Source: Dimorphilus gyrociliatus
Taxonomy: Eukaryota; Animalia; Annelida
NCBI GenBank assembly: GCA_904063045.1
Contig: CAJFCJ010000013.1
Coordinates: 1,346,156 to 1,410,155 of the forward strand
Direction: 5' to 3'
Length of the DNA: 64,000 bases
The translations under genes were made by a program, and so were the position numbers. Shown in pieces: positions 1 through 12,665 of the stretch (the first letter of the stretch is position 1; each line of letters opens with the position of its first letter). A model generated the notes under the pieces. It was not told where the DNA came from. It worked only from the letters and a program-made list of their open reading frames with translations, and did no database searches.

Positions 1-2370
1 TAGGAAATGCGACAATAATAAAAAAAAAACTCACAAGTTCAAAGTCACTATTCTCTCTTGACAAAGGTATTTGTCGGTCCAACGCTATCTGTTATTATAT
101 AAATAAATATACAAAATTAATTTTATTGTATATACAAAGAAACGATAACAATTTTAATTATTCTTTCTACTCGACATAATAATTAATTACCTTTTTGAAA
201 AATTGAAATGATAGCATCTTTTCAGCAGAAGGCCTATTTACCGGATTAGGGCAAAGCATCTGAACAATAATCGATTGAAATTCGGGCGAATAATCTAGAT
301 ACGATTAAAAATAAACATTAAAATTTTAATATTAATCAAAGTAGACAAGAATTTTGTTTGTTAATATTTGATAAAATTTCGTTTACTGTTTAGAAAATGG
401 TGTGGAATTTTTCCAGTACGTAAATCATGCCATGCGGCTCCTCTTCTTGGTAAATTTAAATTACCAGCCAATTCTAGCATAGACATCCCCAAACTAAAAA
501 GAGGACAAAATGAATATGTATTAGTATATATATATATATCTCTGAAAAACTTACCTGAATATATCGGCTTTTGTATTGAAGCTTTCATTCATAACTTCCG
601 GTGCCAAGTATTTTGGATCACCCTCTTGAAAATCCGTATCCTAAAAATGAAAATCAAAGAATATGAGTAATAAGAGTAAAGATAGATATTAAGGGGAAAC
701 ACTAAAAAAAAAATCATTGAAATTTTGTCACGTTTAACGCAATTCATCTGTCTGATAAAGCATAAATAAAAGCTTTTTCTTAGAACTTCCATCAGCTATT
801 ATATTTAAAGCTCTTATAGAGGTCTCTTTCAGTAATATGCTTTAACAAACAATACGAATAGGTTAATTAAACAAGCCAGGAAGATAAAGAAACAAGAAAG
901 AGAGTCTTACTTTGTCTGAATATAGATCGTGCATTATACCGTAGTCACCCAATTTGCAAATTCCGTTTAATTCGATGAAAATATTCTCTGGTTTAACATC
1001 TAAATGCACTAGGCTATGGCGATGAAGATGACTTAGAGCCTATAGTATTAACGAGAGAATAATGATTAAGTAAAAAAATAAAAAGTGATTAATCGACGTT
1101 TTATATTTACTTTAAGTAGATCAATGAGCCAGTAGCAAAGCTCAATCTCCGGAATTGACTGTTCCCGACTCACATATTTGTCCAAACTGGCATAGCACAA
1201 TTCTGTTTGAATGAAGAAACGTCTGTTCTCCTCCCAAGCTCGGAAAAATTTCACACAATTGGGATGAGATGGAATTCTATTATATTTATCAACTTCCCGC
1301 ATCTTTAATTTCCTATTGAAAATTCACTAATTATTTCTACGAGATAAGAATTATTACGTAATCTAATTACCTATCAAAGTTTCCTCTAAAGCAGTCTATG
1401 GTACGTTTTATGGCAAAAAGTTCCCCTGTAGTTTTACTACGAACTTTGAACACCTACAAGAGAACAAATAGTAATGGAATAGAAAACAGAAAAAAGAAGA
1501 CAAAAATCTTATCAAAGTACCTCCCCAAAAGATCCATTACCGATTCGTGATAAAACAATAAAATTTTCAGATAATATTGATTTATTTTTATTCAAGGTAT
1601 CAATAGAACCTTCTTTCGGTGAATTAAGCTTTAATTTATTCTGAATTTTAGCTAAAAAAAATTTGAATTAAGGAAAAGTCTAGGTAAACAACTGAAATTT
1701 GTTGATGGTATTACGCAATATGATAAGAAACATCACAAGATGAACGTTCCCACGCTGTTGACGCAGCGTTAACAATGCTACTAAGTTATACCACATTGGA
1801 GGTTCCACTCTCGAATTGATAAAATTAAAAGTTTTAATAGAAGATTAATTTTAACGGTTGAAAATCTGTTGATAGATATGACTAAGAAAGGATACGTGAC
1901 AAATAAGTGGTTCCATTTTTTCGTCTTTTCTGTCTCAACAGGCGGCTAACCGGCGGTGCACTTCTAATTAACTTGGGTGGTAGTTCTTGATGAAGTCTTA
2001 TTTCTTTTTCCTTAAAAAAAATAAAATATTATCCGCCATTTTGACATCAGTGATAAGGACTTGTCTTTTCGCCTAAGACTTAATTTACCCCATACGTTTC
2101 TTATTACATATTTTAGTCGCACTATAAATATATCATAGGGAATATTAATATAATAATATTAACGAAATATTTGACAGATAAACAGCCTTTTTATAAGATT
2201 TAAGACTACATATATAACTTGGAGGTGTTGACAATTTGAAGATCCTAGTCGACTTAAAATAGAAATATATCAATTTTAAAAATACATACCCTTTTCGTAG
2301 ATAGAACTTCAGGTTCCAGCAAATATGTAGGTATTGGTCTCGGTTTTGGGTTTGGCGTTTTCACGTCCAT
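1..2370 (-). CDS. PKMYT1: Membrane-associated Tyr/Thr Cdk1-inhibitory kinase Myt1 (Wee1 family); multi-exon, 3' end lies beyond the window start
   Basis: Manually spliced exons give [16 protein letters not shown]..., [43 protein letters not shown]...[18 protein letters not shown]...KADIFS|[15 protein letters not shown]. These match recalled Myt1 kinase subdomains. GT-AG introns. Confidence 0.85.
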
Positions 2371-3049
2371 TTGATAGAAAATTAGTATAAAATAACTCGT
2401 CTTGTATCAAACTGGCGCCATTTATTCAACTAAATAACTGTCCCGCACTAACTGTGGGAAGAAAATTATATCTTGCTAAAAAATAAATAACTAAAATTTT
2501 ACCTTTAATTACAAATGTTGGTTTATATAAAATATTTTATATAAATAGATACTTTTAAAAATAGAAAAATAATAATGTAGAAAAATTGGTGCTGATCTGC
2601 CGTAAAAATTTTTTTGGCGGGAAACGGGCGCTATTATTTTTGGGAAAGATTTCATTATGCCTGTGACACAGTCCAACGAGTGAAATTTTTTAATGAAGGG
2701 TCAGCTAGTAAACGATATGTATTTAATTAATGCAAGTAAGCCAGTATACATTGCGATTTACAAAAATTTATGTTACACCATCACCATTCTCCTACTGCAT
2801 TATTAATGTATTCACAACTTCATTTGACGACATTTAAGAATTAAAAGAAAGAGGAAAAGTGTTATATATTAACAAAAATAAATTAGTCTGCTACAAGGAT
2901 ACATTTTAGGCAATATGTAAATTCTTTATTAAACTAAAGCAGTATATTTTCGAATATATAACAAAACATACCATTAAATACGGAAAGAAATGGCTATATT
3001 ATCTCTAAATATATAACAGAGAAAAAAAATACAGACTGGACGAAAATAG

Positions 3050-3432
3050 TTAGCTTTTATGTAAACAATCAAATAAATTCTTGCCTTTACAAGCTGTACG
3101 TTTCCCTAAGACTGGAACTTGCTGCTTAGCAGAGGATGCCGATATCATTCTTGAGAAGTATTCATCATAGCACTGTAGTCTAGACATATTGTCTGGACAC
3201 TTAATCAACGAACTCCTCTTCTCAGTTTTCTCCTGGCACTTTTTACCCTCACAAAGAGTCTCTACAACCCTTCCAAATGGATTGAATCGATATTCTATTT
3301 AAAATGAACTTAAGTTTAGCTTTCAAACGATAACCGGAAATAAGAAGGTATCAACTTACTTATTTCAGATGCTGATAATAAAATACCAAGATTTAAAATC
3401 AAAAAAGCAAGTACAATTGGCCATTTAAACAT
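3050..3432 (-). CDS. Secreted neuropeptide-like precursor, 105 aa, two coding exons (3432-3360, 3294-3050); not in the ORF track
   Basis: MFKWPIVLAFLILNLGILLSA (signal-like) + SEIKYRFNPF-GR...EKR-SSLIKCPDNMSRLQCYDEYFSRMISASSAKQQVPVL-GKR-TACKGKNLFDCLHKS*. 65-nt GTAAGT..TAG intron keeps the frame; dibasic and Gly-amidation sites present. Confidence 0.8.
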
Positions 3433-4423
3433 TTTTTATATCTGCAACAAGTACAAAAATAATCTTATTTTCCTCGTTGAAGATAACAAACGAATATATT
3501 AAATATAACGTTAATATAAAGGAAAAATATCATTAAATAAACAACTATACCTTTGATTTGAGCAATGTTGTCCGAAGAATAGATTAGCTAGGTCTGACTG
3601 GCGTTTATATATACACAGTATTTAAGAGCATGTGTTTATATGCTGTACATTTATATCTATATCTATATATACTATATATAAATATGCATATATACTGTAT
3701 ATATATATTGGAATATATAAATTTATATATATATATATTCCAGACATCAGTCATACTCAACACCTATTGGATAAAATATATATAAACGTTTGTTATAAAT
3801 ATTCATATTTTAATACTATGGAAGACAATTTATAAAGAAGTATTTATCGACTTCAACTAATGTGAAATCCTCCAATATTATAGTATTATATAATTAAATT
3901 TGTCTGAAATCTAAGCTAATGATTTATTAATAGTGTAAATACTTTCTATATTTTTGTTCTAAATATGCTTTTTTTTTGCAAACAATCATGTTGATTATGG
4001 GTTAAATAGATAATTATAATCATTTTTATAACATATACATACAAACATACAAAGATACGTACAGTGTATACAAAATCCATTCTAAATAATACTTATTATT
4101 TGGTGTATCAATGCTTATTCTTTATTTTATTTGCATAAATTAAAGCTATGCGTTTCTCTTCTTTTTCTTTCGAAAAAATTATACATAATCTGGTACAGTG
4201 ACCTTTTGTAGAGTAAAGTATGGAAATCTATTGAAAAAGAATACTTCCTTTGAAAATAATTTAATTAAGAGCAATTAAATATGAGACGAAGGAAAGGTTT
4301 AATAAAACAAGTTAGAAGATGACTTTGTCTGTTTAAATTCCTTCATAACCAAGGTGAAATGTTTTTTAAAAGATACTTGTAAAGATATATACAATATATA
4401 TATACAGTATATATATATATATA

Positions 4424-5854
4424 CAGTCCCAATAAAATATCTTGAGCAGGGTTGTCCTTAAAGTGGAAAAAGTGAAATATTTACCTAAAATGACTTGCTT
4501 AATTATTTTTTTTGTTTAGAATGAAGGATAAGACATTTATACAACTGAATTTAAAGATAAAATTCATTTAAAATTTTTTTTTACTTTCCAGTAATTTTTA
4601 ATGACAAATTTTTACAAAAGTGGAGGAGGTAAAATTTCTGGCAGGTATTTCAAATAATGTAAAAATTCCGACTTGACTCGATAATTTATCGCATATCCTT
4701 TATTTTGGATGACAAGACGGCATGTCTTTTTTATGGAGCTATATAAATGTTTTATATAGTCTTCAGGAATCAAAAAAAATTCCTCTTCTATGATAGCTTT
4801 CAAATCCTCCAGATTTTTTGGAATTCTCTTGTAATCTCTTCATTTGAGCAATGCCCAGAGATTCTCTATTATATTCAAGTCTGTACTCTGTGCTGGCCAG
4901 TCTTTTAGATACTTTATCTTGTTTCATCTTAAAAAAGATTTAGATACTTTTGAGGTGTGGCATCATGCTCCATCCTGTTGAAAGATGTTCTCTGTCTTAT
5001 AGCAGGGAGGTAGATACTCTTTTAAAGTTGAGATATATTTCTCTGAGTCTATTGATTTAGAGCAATATGCCAGAGCTCTGGAACCATCATATTTGATGGC
5101 TCCCCAGATCATCAGCTTACAGTCTTGGGTCTTAAAACTGCTCCTGATGTTTCTTGGCTTGTCCTTGTCCTCTCATTTACATCTGACTCTGACTCTCTGT
5201 TTAGGAAACAGGTCAAATGTTGTTTCGTCGGAAAAAATATAACTCTCAAGCTCATCCTCCTTTTTTTAAGGGTTTTTTTTAGCAAAAAGAATTCTCTTTT
5301 TTCGATTCCCCAATTTTGCTAAAGGTTTTACTTTTGCCACGTAGCTTTTTAATCCATTATTGAATAATATCTTCTTAGCAGGAGATAAACTCACCTTATC
5401 TGCTATGGCCCATTGGCTATAAGCTTGTCTAGCTGTATAAAAGGGATCCTTTTTTTAAATCATAATAAGATTTCTCTTGTCTGCTTCTGAAATCTTTTTG
5501 GGGCGGCCAGACCTGGGTCTGTCCTCCATAGTAAAATATTCTTTTTTCTTTTTTAGATTGTACTGAATAGTACTGCGAGCAATTTTTAGCTCTTTTGAGA
5601 TCTTTACTTGGCTTAACCCTCTTCTGTCCAGTTCCACAATTTTCTCTCGCATCTCTAGCCTTATTTTACCCATTTTCAAAGTTTTGCAATAATTTGTTTC
5701 AAAGAATAGTCTGACAGTACTCAGGAATGTCATAAAAAATTAAAAAAGTGGGTTCCTATCTAATTAACATCTAACTTTTTGCCAGGAACAGGCATCCTGC
5801 CAGAAATTTTACCACTTTAAGGACACCCCTGCCCAAGATTTTTTATTGGGACTG
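4424..5854 (-). mobile_element. Tc1/mariner DNA transposon, full length (1431 bp), decayed
   Basis: 48-bp terminal inverted repeats starting CAGTCCCAATAAAA (4424-4471 and 5807-5854, 4 mismatches), TA on both flanks, internal transposase remnants. Confidence 0.95.
4680..5673 (-). pseudogene. Tc1-like transposase pseudogene
   Basis: HTH region MGKIRLEMREKIVEL...RSGRPKKIS; catalytic motifs IFSDET, FQQDGA, WPAQSTDLNIIENLW; several in-frame stops and at least one frameshift. 3' boundary approximate. Confidence 0.9.
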
Positions 5855-7464
5855 TATATAAATAGTGTATAGATATACCAATGTACTATATAAATTTTGT
5901 ACTGTATACAAATTGATATAAATATCTTAGAAATGTTATTTAACAGGAATGTTCATTAATTGATGCAACTTCGTATATATAACTTAGTATGTACACTGTA
6001 TGTATGACATATTTTAGAAAAATTTCTTATTTTATATATAATTATAAAGATAAAGCTTTCTTTCATCTCAACAGTTTGTCAAGCTGAATTTTTGAAATTC
6101 ATTTATAAGAATTTAGTTGTATTCTTTCCAATAACAATATATAGTATATCATCATTTTGTTAATAATAAGTTTATGCGGCATATGAACAACGCATATAAT
6201 CGTATTCTGTCTGGATTTAGTGTCACTAGCAGATTTCAGTTGATTAATACTGCTGGCAATCAAGATTATAGAAGCAGTTTTTTGTCCAGAATGGGAGAAA
6301 ACACAATTAAGAAGTTTGTAGGAGGTGTGAGGGGGAGTAAGGAGGACAGAAAATACTCTCAGTGACGTGGGAGTAAAGTAAAAACATTACGTCAAATGGA
6401 GAGTGAATTGTGTATTATTATTATTATTATTATTGTTATCTATTTAATTTTTGTATAGCTTCTTGACAATAAAAATCACTGCTTCTATAATATAATTGTT
6501 GAAGAACTAGTCTAAATAGTTTTCTTTTCATATTTAGTAAAAGCGTATTCGAATTTAAAATGTTCTCCTTCTGGAACGTTTCGGAAATACTAAGATGTGG
6601 TAGATATATTGAATTTTTAGACAGAATAAATACGTGATCACCATACGGAAAGATTAGCTTCAGTCTTATTTATGACTTATTCATCATCTGCGTTAGTAAG
6701 ATAGAAGAGACAGATAGCCGTAGAATTTAGAATGTAACATACAGCGCCGCCTAATGGTTATAAGCTATTTACAACATTACGTGTATTCATATATTAAATG
6801 TTATTCTATCTTTGTAGAATATAAGAATTAGACATATACTGATACTAATAAATATATAATAAAGTTATACAAGTTTCAATACAAATATACTGTTTGTAAC
6901 TTATGATTCGCATATTCTTTTGCCTAACAGAACTCAATACAAAATACATACGAAACTATTTATAAAACAGATGCAGCAAAAGGCATTTTTATAGAAACAG
7001 CAATAAGCAGGCAATTTATAGCCACAATTCTTAGCACCATTAAATTAATGAACTTAAACTTAAAAAAAAAAAATAAAAAAAAAAAAACAAGAATTTTGTT
7101 TCTTTTTTTTTTTTAAATTATCGTCAACTAATACTTTGGAACGGAATATAATAATGAATTCCCATATACGACACAAGCCTAACTTAAAGTATCTTTCCTT
7201 TTCTTTCTCTTATATGTGTAGGTGTGCATGTGCATATGTACTGTTATTAAATGTACAATTGATTAGTTTAAACGAATATTATGTATATAATCTATTTTTA
7301 AATTTTGGAAGGATACTTTAAGGAACAAGAAGCACGCAGCGGAAATACATGGCATTGAATTATTTTTACAGAATTCCATCTCAGCCCCCCCCTTCTCTTT
7401 TCGAACTAGACAAAAGTAAAGAAAAAAAAATGCAGTTTAAACGTTAGCAAGATTAATATTAAAT

Positions 7465-9852
7465 TTAAATGGACGTTGAATTTTCACTATCGCTTTCAAC
7501 GCCATCATCTACAAATGGTATTTCTTCTTTGTTTAAGCGTTTAATAGTTAACCAGTTTCCGGTTTTATCTCTTCCTTGAATAATTGGAGCGAGGTATTGA
7601 TAGGAGACGCTATCCTTTAAATGACAAGCTAATTTAGCTAAATTCAATTCCACTAGTATAATCTAGCAAGAAAAAACAAAAATTTATAATTAGTATTTTA
7701 CAATATAAGTAGATGTGCAATATATTTTCTACAGTATATATAGCATAGTCTATATATAAATAAGTAAATAAAATGACGTAATACCTTTCCGGAAGTGCAT
7801 AGTGCAATCGGTGTTGATGATTGTGAACAAAGTACTGTGGAGAAGACTATGCTATCCGATATTTGTTCGCAGTATAAAAAATTCGAACTTTCTATATCGT
7901 GTATATACAATTTTCCATATTTCGTAAAAACGTATAAAAGTCCTAAATGCTGACTAGCCTGAAAATACAAAAAGAAAAAAACTTACAAATAAAAAAGAAC
8001 ACTTTGTGGAGTAGAACTCTTTTTTTTTAAATAGTAAAAAGTTGATTTATAACCTGAATAGAAATAGGAAAATCATAGTAATCTGTCGTATCGTGAAAAG
8101 TAATCTCTTCAGAATGGCTGGACAAAGCGTAATTTCCGTTTTGATGAGGTCCTAATTCTATAATATATACTTTGCCGAATCGACTTTGTTTATGTCTGGT
8201 CGCAACCGCCAGAATGTTGCTTTCCTTCCTGTTACCTTCGAATTGATAACGGAAGAAATGCACTGCATGGGCGGAAATGCATTGACCTAAATTATAGTCC
8301 TGAGAAAACAACTGTACAACTCCTTCGATGTACTCCTCCTATTGATGTGAAAGAGGAAATAGTAATTATAAAGTTATAAAAAAACCATTTAATAGTAGTC
8401 TTAAGCAATAAAACAAACGCATAGAGATAAAAAATAACAATAATAAATGCAATAGATTGATATCAATACTAGAAGAGTAAAGTAAACAGAGCGAAGCGGG
8501 CACTTAAAACGTCATAGAGAGTTAATGACAGTTTAATCATTCTATAAATCATAGAAGAAATAGGATATTTAATAGTACTAGTAGTAGTAAAAATAAAGAG
8601 ATATTAAATAAATTGAGAGATTTAAGTGCTCCTAATTGTCAAAAACTCTCTATGCATTCACTTTCCGTTTTCCCTCCACCTAACCCTTCCCCCAAACTGT
8701 TATTTTTTACTTTCTCCAGCTCTCTGTCTTTTCTTACTAAAACATCTTATTCGTTTACAAACCTTTGCTACTAGCGCTGTTAGAGCAAACCATTTATTAT
8801 TAGGAGCAACTTCGAAAGATACAATCTGCATGTCGGATAATCTTTTAGCGACATTCAATACTTTTCGAGGCTTATCGTCTGAGAAGAGAAACAAATTTTT
8901 TATTTGTATGTCTATTTACTTGGAAATAAAAATAAACAATAAAAAAGAAAGGAGAGAGAAGACCCACTCCTTCCTAGTACTTACTTTTATGAACGTCCCA
9001 ATACCAAATATCATCACCAGTAATGAAAGCCAAAACATCATTGTTTATCCATAACCAGAATTTTATAGATGATTGGCTCCTTATCCTCCTCTTACTTTGC
9101 TTGTTAATTATACGGGATCGATGATAAACGACAATATGTTGTTTATCTGTTGGTTAATTAGTTACATTATCATTTCCGTAGGGGATATTGATTTGTATGA
9201 GCAGTTCCCGCATGGGAAAAAAATTAATATAATGGATAGTTACAATAGCTCCTTTCGCCACTGAATCGATATTTCCTACTATTATACTGTTAAAAATCGA
9301 ACGATTCTTTTGTATTCTTTAACATATTTTTTTGTCGTCCATAGTTTATCAATAAATATGTTGTAAATTTATGTACATATATGAATACAAAATGAAGATT
9401 AACCATAAAATGGCAAATTACTCAAGTTAGGCTTTCACTAAGCGATATTTGATATTGTATAATACAATGGTTTCCAATTAAAATTTCTATTTATTCATTT
9501 TTTCTAAAATACTTACATCTACAAGCAATAAAGTCTCCAGCAGGACTTATTTGAGCTAATTCAGCTTCTATAGTATACTTTTGAATTCTAGGTTGATTTC
9601 TTTGACTTGTAGGATCGAATGAATAAACTTGACTGTTACACGTAGTATTATTCGGTTTGTCAACTGTTATACACATATATTTATCGCTCGTTAAACGAAC
9701 ACGAGACCACGTTAGCCTATCCTTTGGTATCTTATAATCCGGTAGCTAAAAGGGAAAATATTTATGTAGTGGGTTAATAAATAAAAACAAAATATCCTTA
9801 CGTCGTGAAGTTCGAACGTTCTTATTGGCGGTGAAGGCTCATAGCCTTGCAT
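7465..9852 (-). CDS. Clathrin heavy-chain terminal-domain (beta-propeller)-only protein, about 400 aa, 7 exons
   Basis: Exons translate to PPIRTFELHD|LPDYKI...LTSDKYMCI, IKFWLWINNDVLAFIT...WYW, KWFALTAL, EGVVQLFS...ISAHAVHF, KVYIIELG, DFPISIQ, LLYVFTKYGKLYIHDIES. These are collinear with CHC residues ~1-380 as recalled. Stop at 7465 after an acidic tail. Confidence 0.8.
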
Positions 9853-9988
9853 TGTTACCGCCTCAGATTTTCACTTCCTTCACATAATTCTCTTAGTAAC
9901 TACTTTTTTACGACACACAATACATAGGCCTAAATTATGCTTCGAACTGGTTGATCTACCAAGCTGTGCTAAAAACATAAAATTCAAA

Positions 9989-9999
9989 GCGCATGCGCA
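9989..9999. promoter_or_regulatory. NRF1/Ewg-type site upstream of the clathrin-TD gene
   Basis: GCGCATGCGCA about 140 bp upstream of the ATG at 9852. Confidence 0.5.
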
Positions 10000-12443
10000 A
10001 GGCCGTTGTTACAACTGGTAATAAAAAACCAGGGTAATCTTTCGCTCACCCTATTGTTTTTTCCTTCATTATCGATGATCTTTTATTTTTGTATTTTATT
10101 TTTAATTTCCTTCGAAAAGAGTATCGAAAATTTGCAGAAATTTGTAATCTGATGACATCGAATTGTATACAAGAAAATCTATAAATTAAAATTTCAATTA
10201 TTTATTTAAAGTTAACTAAAAGTTGTCTATAAATCTAGTCAATTCAATAAAAGAATATAAAAAAAAAACAATTGAAAATATCTCTAATTTAAATTGATAT
10301 TTGATTATATAACTACTTTTAATCGTAATATAGACAATAAATGCATGATAATGATATGTTAATAATACTTTTTATGGTATTTAAAATAATAATTGATAAC
10401 TTTTATATGTAATTTTTAAAGTCTTTAAATTTTTAATGTTATATATATTTATAAACATCTTTCTTATTTCTTGGTTAGATTTTTTATATAAAGTACAAAA
10501 GACCGAAGATAAAGAAGAAAGAAAGAAAGAAATAAAGAAATAAAAAGTAATTGACCGGAAATGATCTTACCGTTGATGCTAGCAGTTTTTATCTTTACTT
10601 ATATTACGTAAAATATGCATTTTGGATTGGTATAATAGATTTTGTGTACATACTTACTATAATATGATATTATTATCCCTTACATAATAGTAGCCTTATA
10701 TTCACTCAACTAAGTTAATTGAAAAGGCCTACAAAAGAAATATTTAGGTCTCTCTATTGTTTAATTTGGTGTATACTGTATATATATATATATATTATAT
10801 ACTGTATATATATTAAATTTGTTAACAATTAGTACGTTATCAATGATGAATTGTTACATTTTATAGAACTGAATTATTGGTAAATTGTTTAGTAGATATA
10901 CTACTTATAATCGAGATAATACTGACACAACTAATGTAATTCTCTTTTCTACTCTCTATTAATACTAATTTATCTATTATATTGACAGGTTTTTACTGCC
11001 TTTTTCCTATCTACTATCATTCTTTCTAAGTAATTATATTAAAGAATAGGTAGAATACATTAAGAAGTGGAAATTTCTTCATCAAATCTAATAAGTAATT
11101 TTCTCTATTAAACTACGTAAAAACCTATATACAGTACATTTATATATATATATTTTCATTCCAATATTTTTCCTTATACAGTACAAAGTATTAAAATATA
11201 TTAGATATGTAAATTAGCTATAGATGGCGTCTAATATTCCATTCTCTATCCTTTTGTATTTAATGTTACGTATTCTTTTTGTTACAGATATTTTATCTTT
11301 TGTATATAATTGACAATTCGCTTCTCCCGCTTTTAGATATTTTTACTTTAGTGTACTATATATACATACGTGCATGTTTACATACATACATGTAGGAATA
11401 GAATATATACATTTACATATTTATTAATATTTAGGTAATGTATTTAAGATAAGATTATACAAACTCCCGTGCATATATTTCGAAAAAGATAAGTGGGTAA
11501 TGGTACAAGATTTACAGAAGAATATTTTAGGATCACTTTATTCCTTATTACGAATAATATTCGTATAGGGCGCTGTAGACGGGATTTATTTTTCATTATA
11601 GCCGTCGCTCGCTTCTTTCGCAGTTCAATCTCAACTTAAAGTAAGCTTCTGCATTTGATTAATTCATCTTATTTATTATTTTATTGTTACCTTTAGTCCG
11701 ATTACGTAAGTGTAATGTATTACATCTTTATAAGAATATATAAATAAAATTGCATTTGTAAAATATTAACATTTGTTCGTTCGAATTGGTTCCGTGTCGG
11801 CGATCGGTATGTTTCTCTTTTTTTTCCTAGCCCTTTTATGTCTTAATCTTTTTCCTATCTTTCAAATAGAAAGTTTAAAACTTTCAACTTCAGATATACA
11901 GCATTTAGTTATTTATGCTTTTTTTCTGTTTCTTTCTCTCTCTCTCTCGCTCGCTCTCTTCTCGTAGTTCTTGAACGAAAAGAAGGAAAAAGTTCCATTT
12001 CGACAAGTAGATGAATAAAATGAAGAGAAAGCTATATGACAATCAATTACGTTTTGCTCTTATCGTAAAGAAAAGGATAAATTAGTACGGTTAGATAATC
12101 AGATTGAAGAGTTCTTTTATATTTACATTACAAAAAGTGAAAAAGGGGAATGGAGGATAGAATTAGGAAAGAAACAATAAAATCTTATTAAAAGCGTATG
12201 TTTTTATTTTTAAAAGACATTCAAGATATAGACTTAAAGAAATAAAAGAGTTAAATTGATTTAGTCGTTCACAGGTTACAAATAATAGGAGAAAGAAAAG
12301 TAAAGAAAGAAAGAATAGGAAGTAAGCTAAAAAAAATTATTTAAATAAATCAAAGTTTTCGACAATATGCTGTATATCTTTGATCTAATTTAATTAGCAA
12401 CGTGTGTCTTGGTGTGTTTCTCTTTCACCCTATTGTTTCTAGA

Positions 12444-12665
12444 ATGAAAATTATGCATTTTGCTCTCCTTATCCTCATCCTTCTCGCTCCGGCTACTACG
12501 TTTGCTGTCTCCGCATCCAAGATGAACGAAATCTGCCTTTCCAGTTGTAATTCAACACCCAAAAATTGTCAGCTAGTTTGTCAGGATTACATACGTAATT
12601 CACTAAGATTTGGTAAGAGGAATATGGATTTTAAAGGTCAAGGAATTATTTGTTATAGAACTTAA
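12444..12665 (+). CDS. CCRFamide-type neuropeptide precursor 1 (73 aa)
   Basis: Signal peptide MKIMHFALLILILLAPATTFA, then C-x3-C-x6-C-x3-C and ...NSLRF-GKR. ATG follows an acceptor (ttctag|aATG); candidate non-coding first exon ends at 11640 (aaa|gtaagc). Confidence 0.8.
   Translation: MKIMHFALLILILLAPATTFAVSASKMNEICLSSCNSTPKNCQLVCQDYIRNSLRFGKRNMDFKGQGIICYRT

Noticed and set aside
589-850. ORF beginning MEVLRKSF, resembling the kinase APE region
   Set aside because: The real [11 protein letters not shown] exon lies at about 640-555; this stretch is intronic and closed by stops.
6174-6365. 63-aa plus-strand ORF
   Set aside because: No splice context or recognisable motif; the reverse frames are also closed, so it is not a continuation of the clathrin gene.
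6265-6491. 14-bp inverted repeat (ATTATAGAAGCAGT / ACTGCTTCTATAAT) about 200 bp apart
   Set aside because: Single short AT-rich match with no target-site duplication or second copy; too weak to call a MITE.
9424-9440. Possible 16-nt stop-containing microexon in clathrin-TD intron 2
   Set aside because: Weak pyrimidine tract, no UGC motif, mediocre donor; likely chance.
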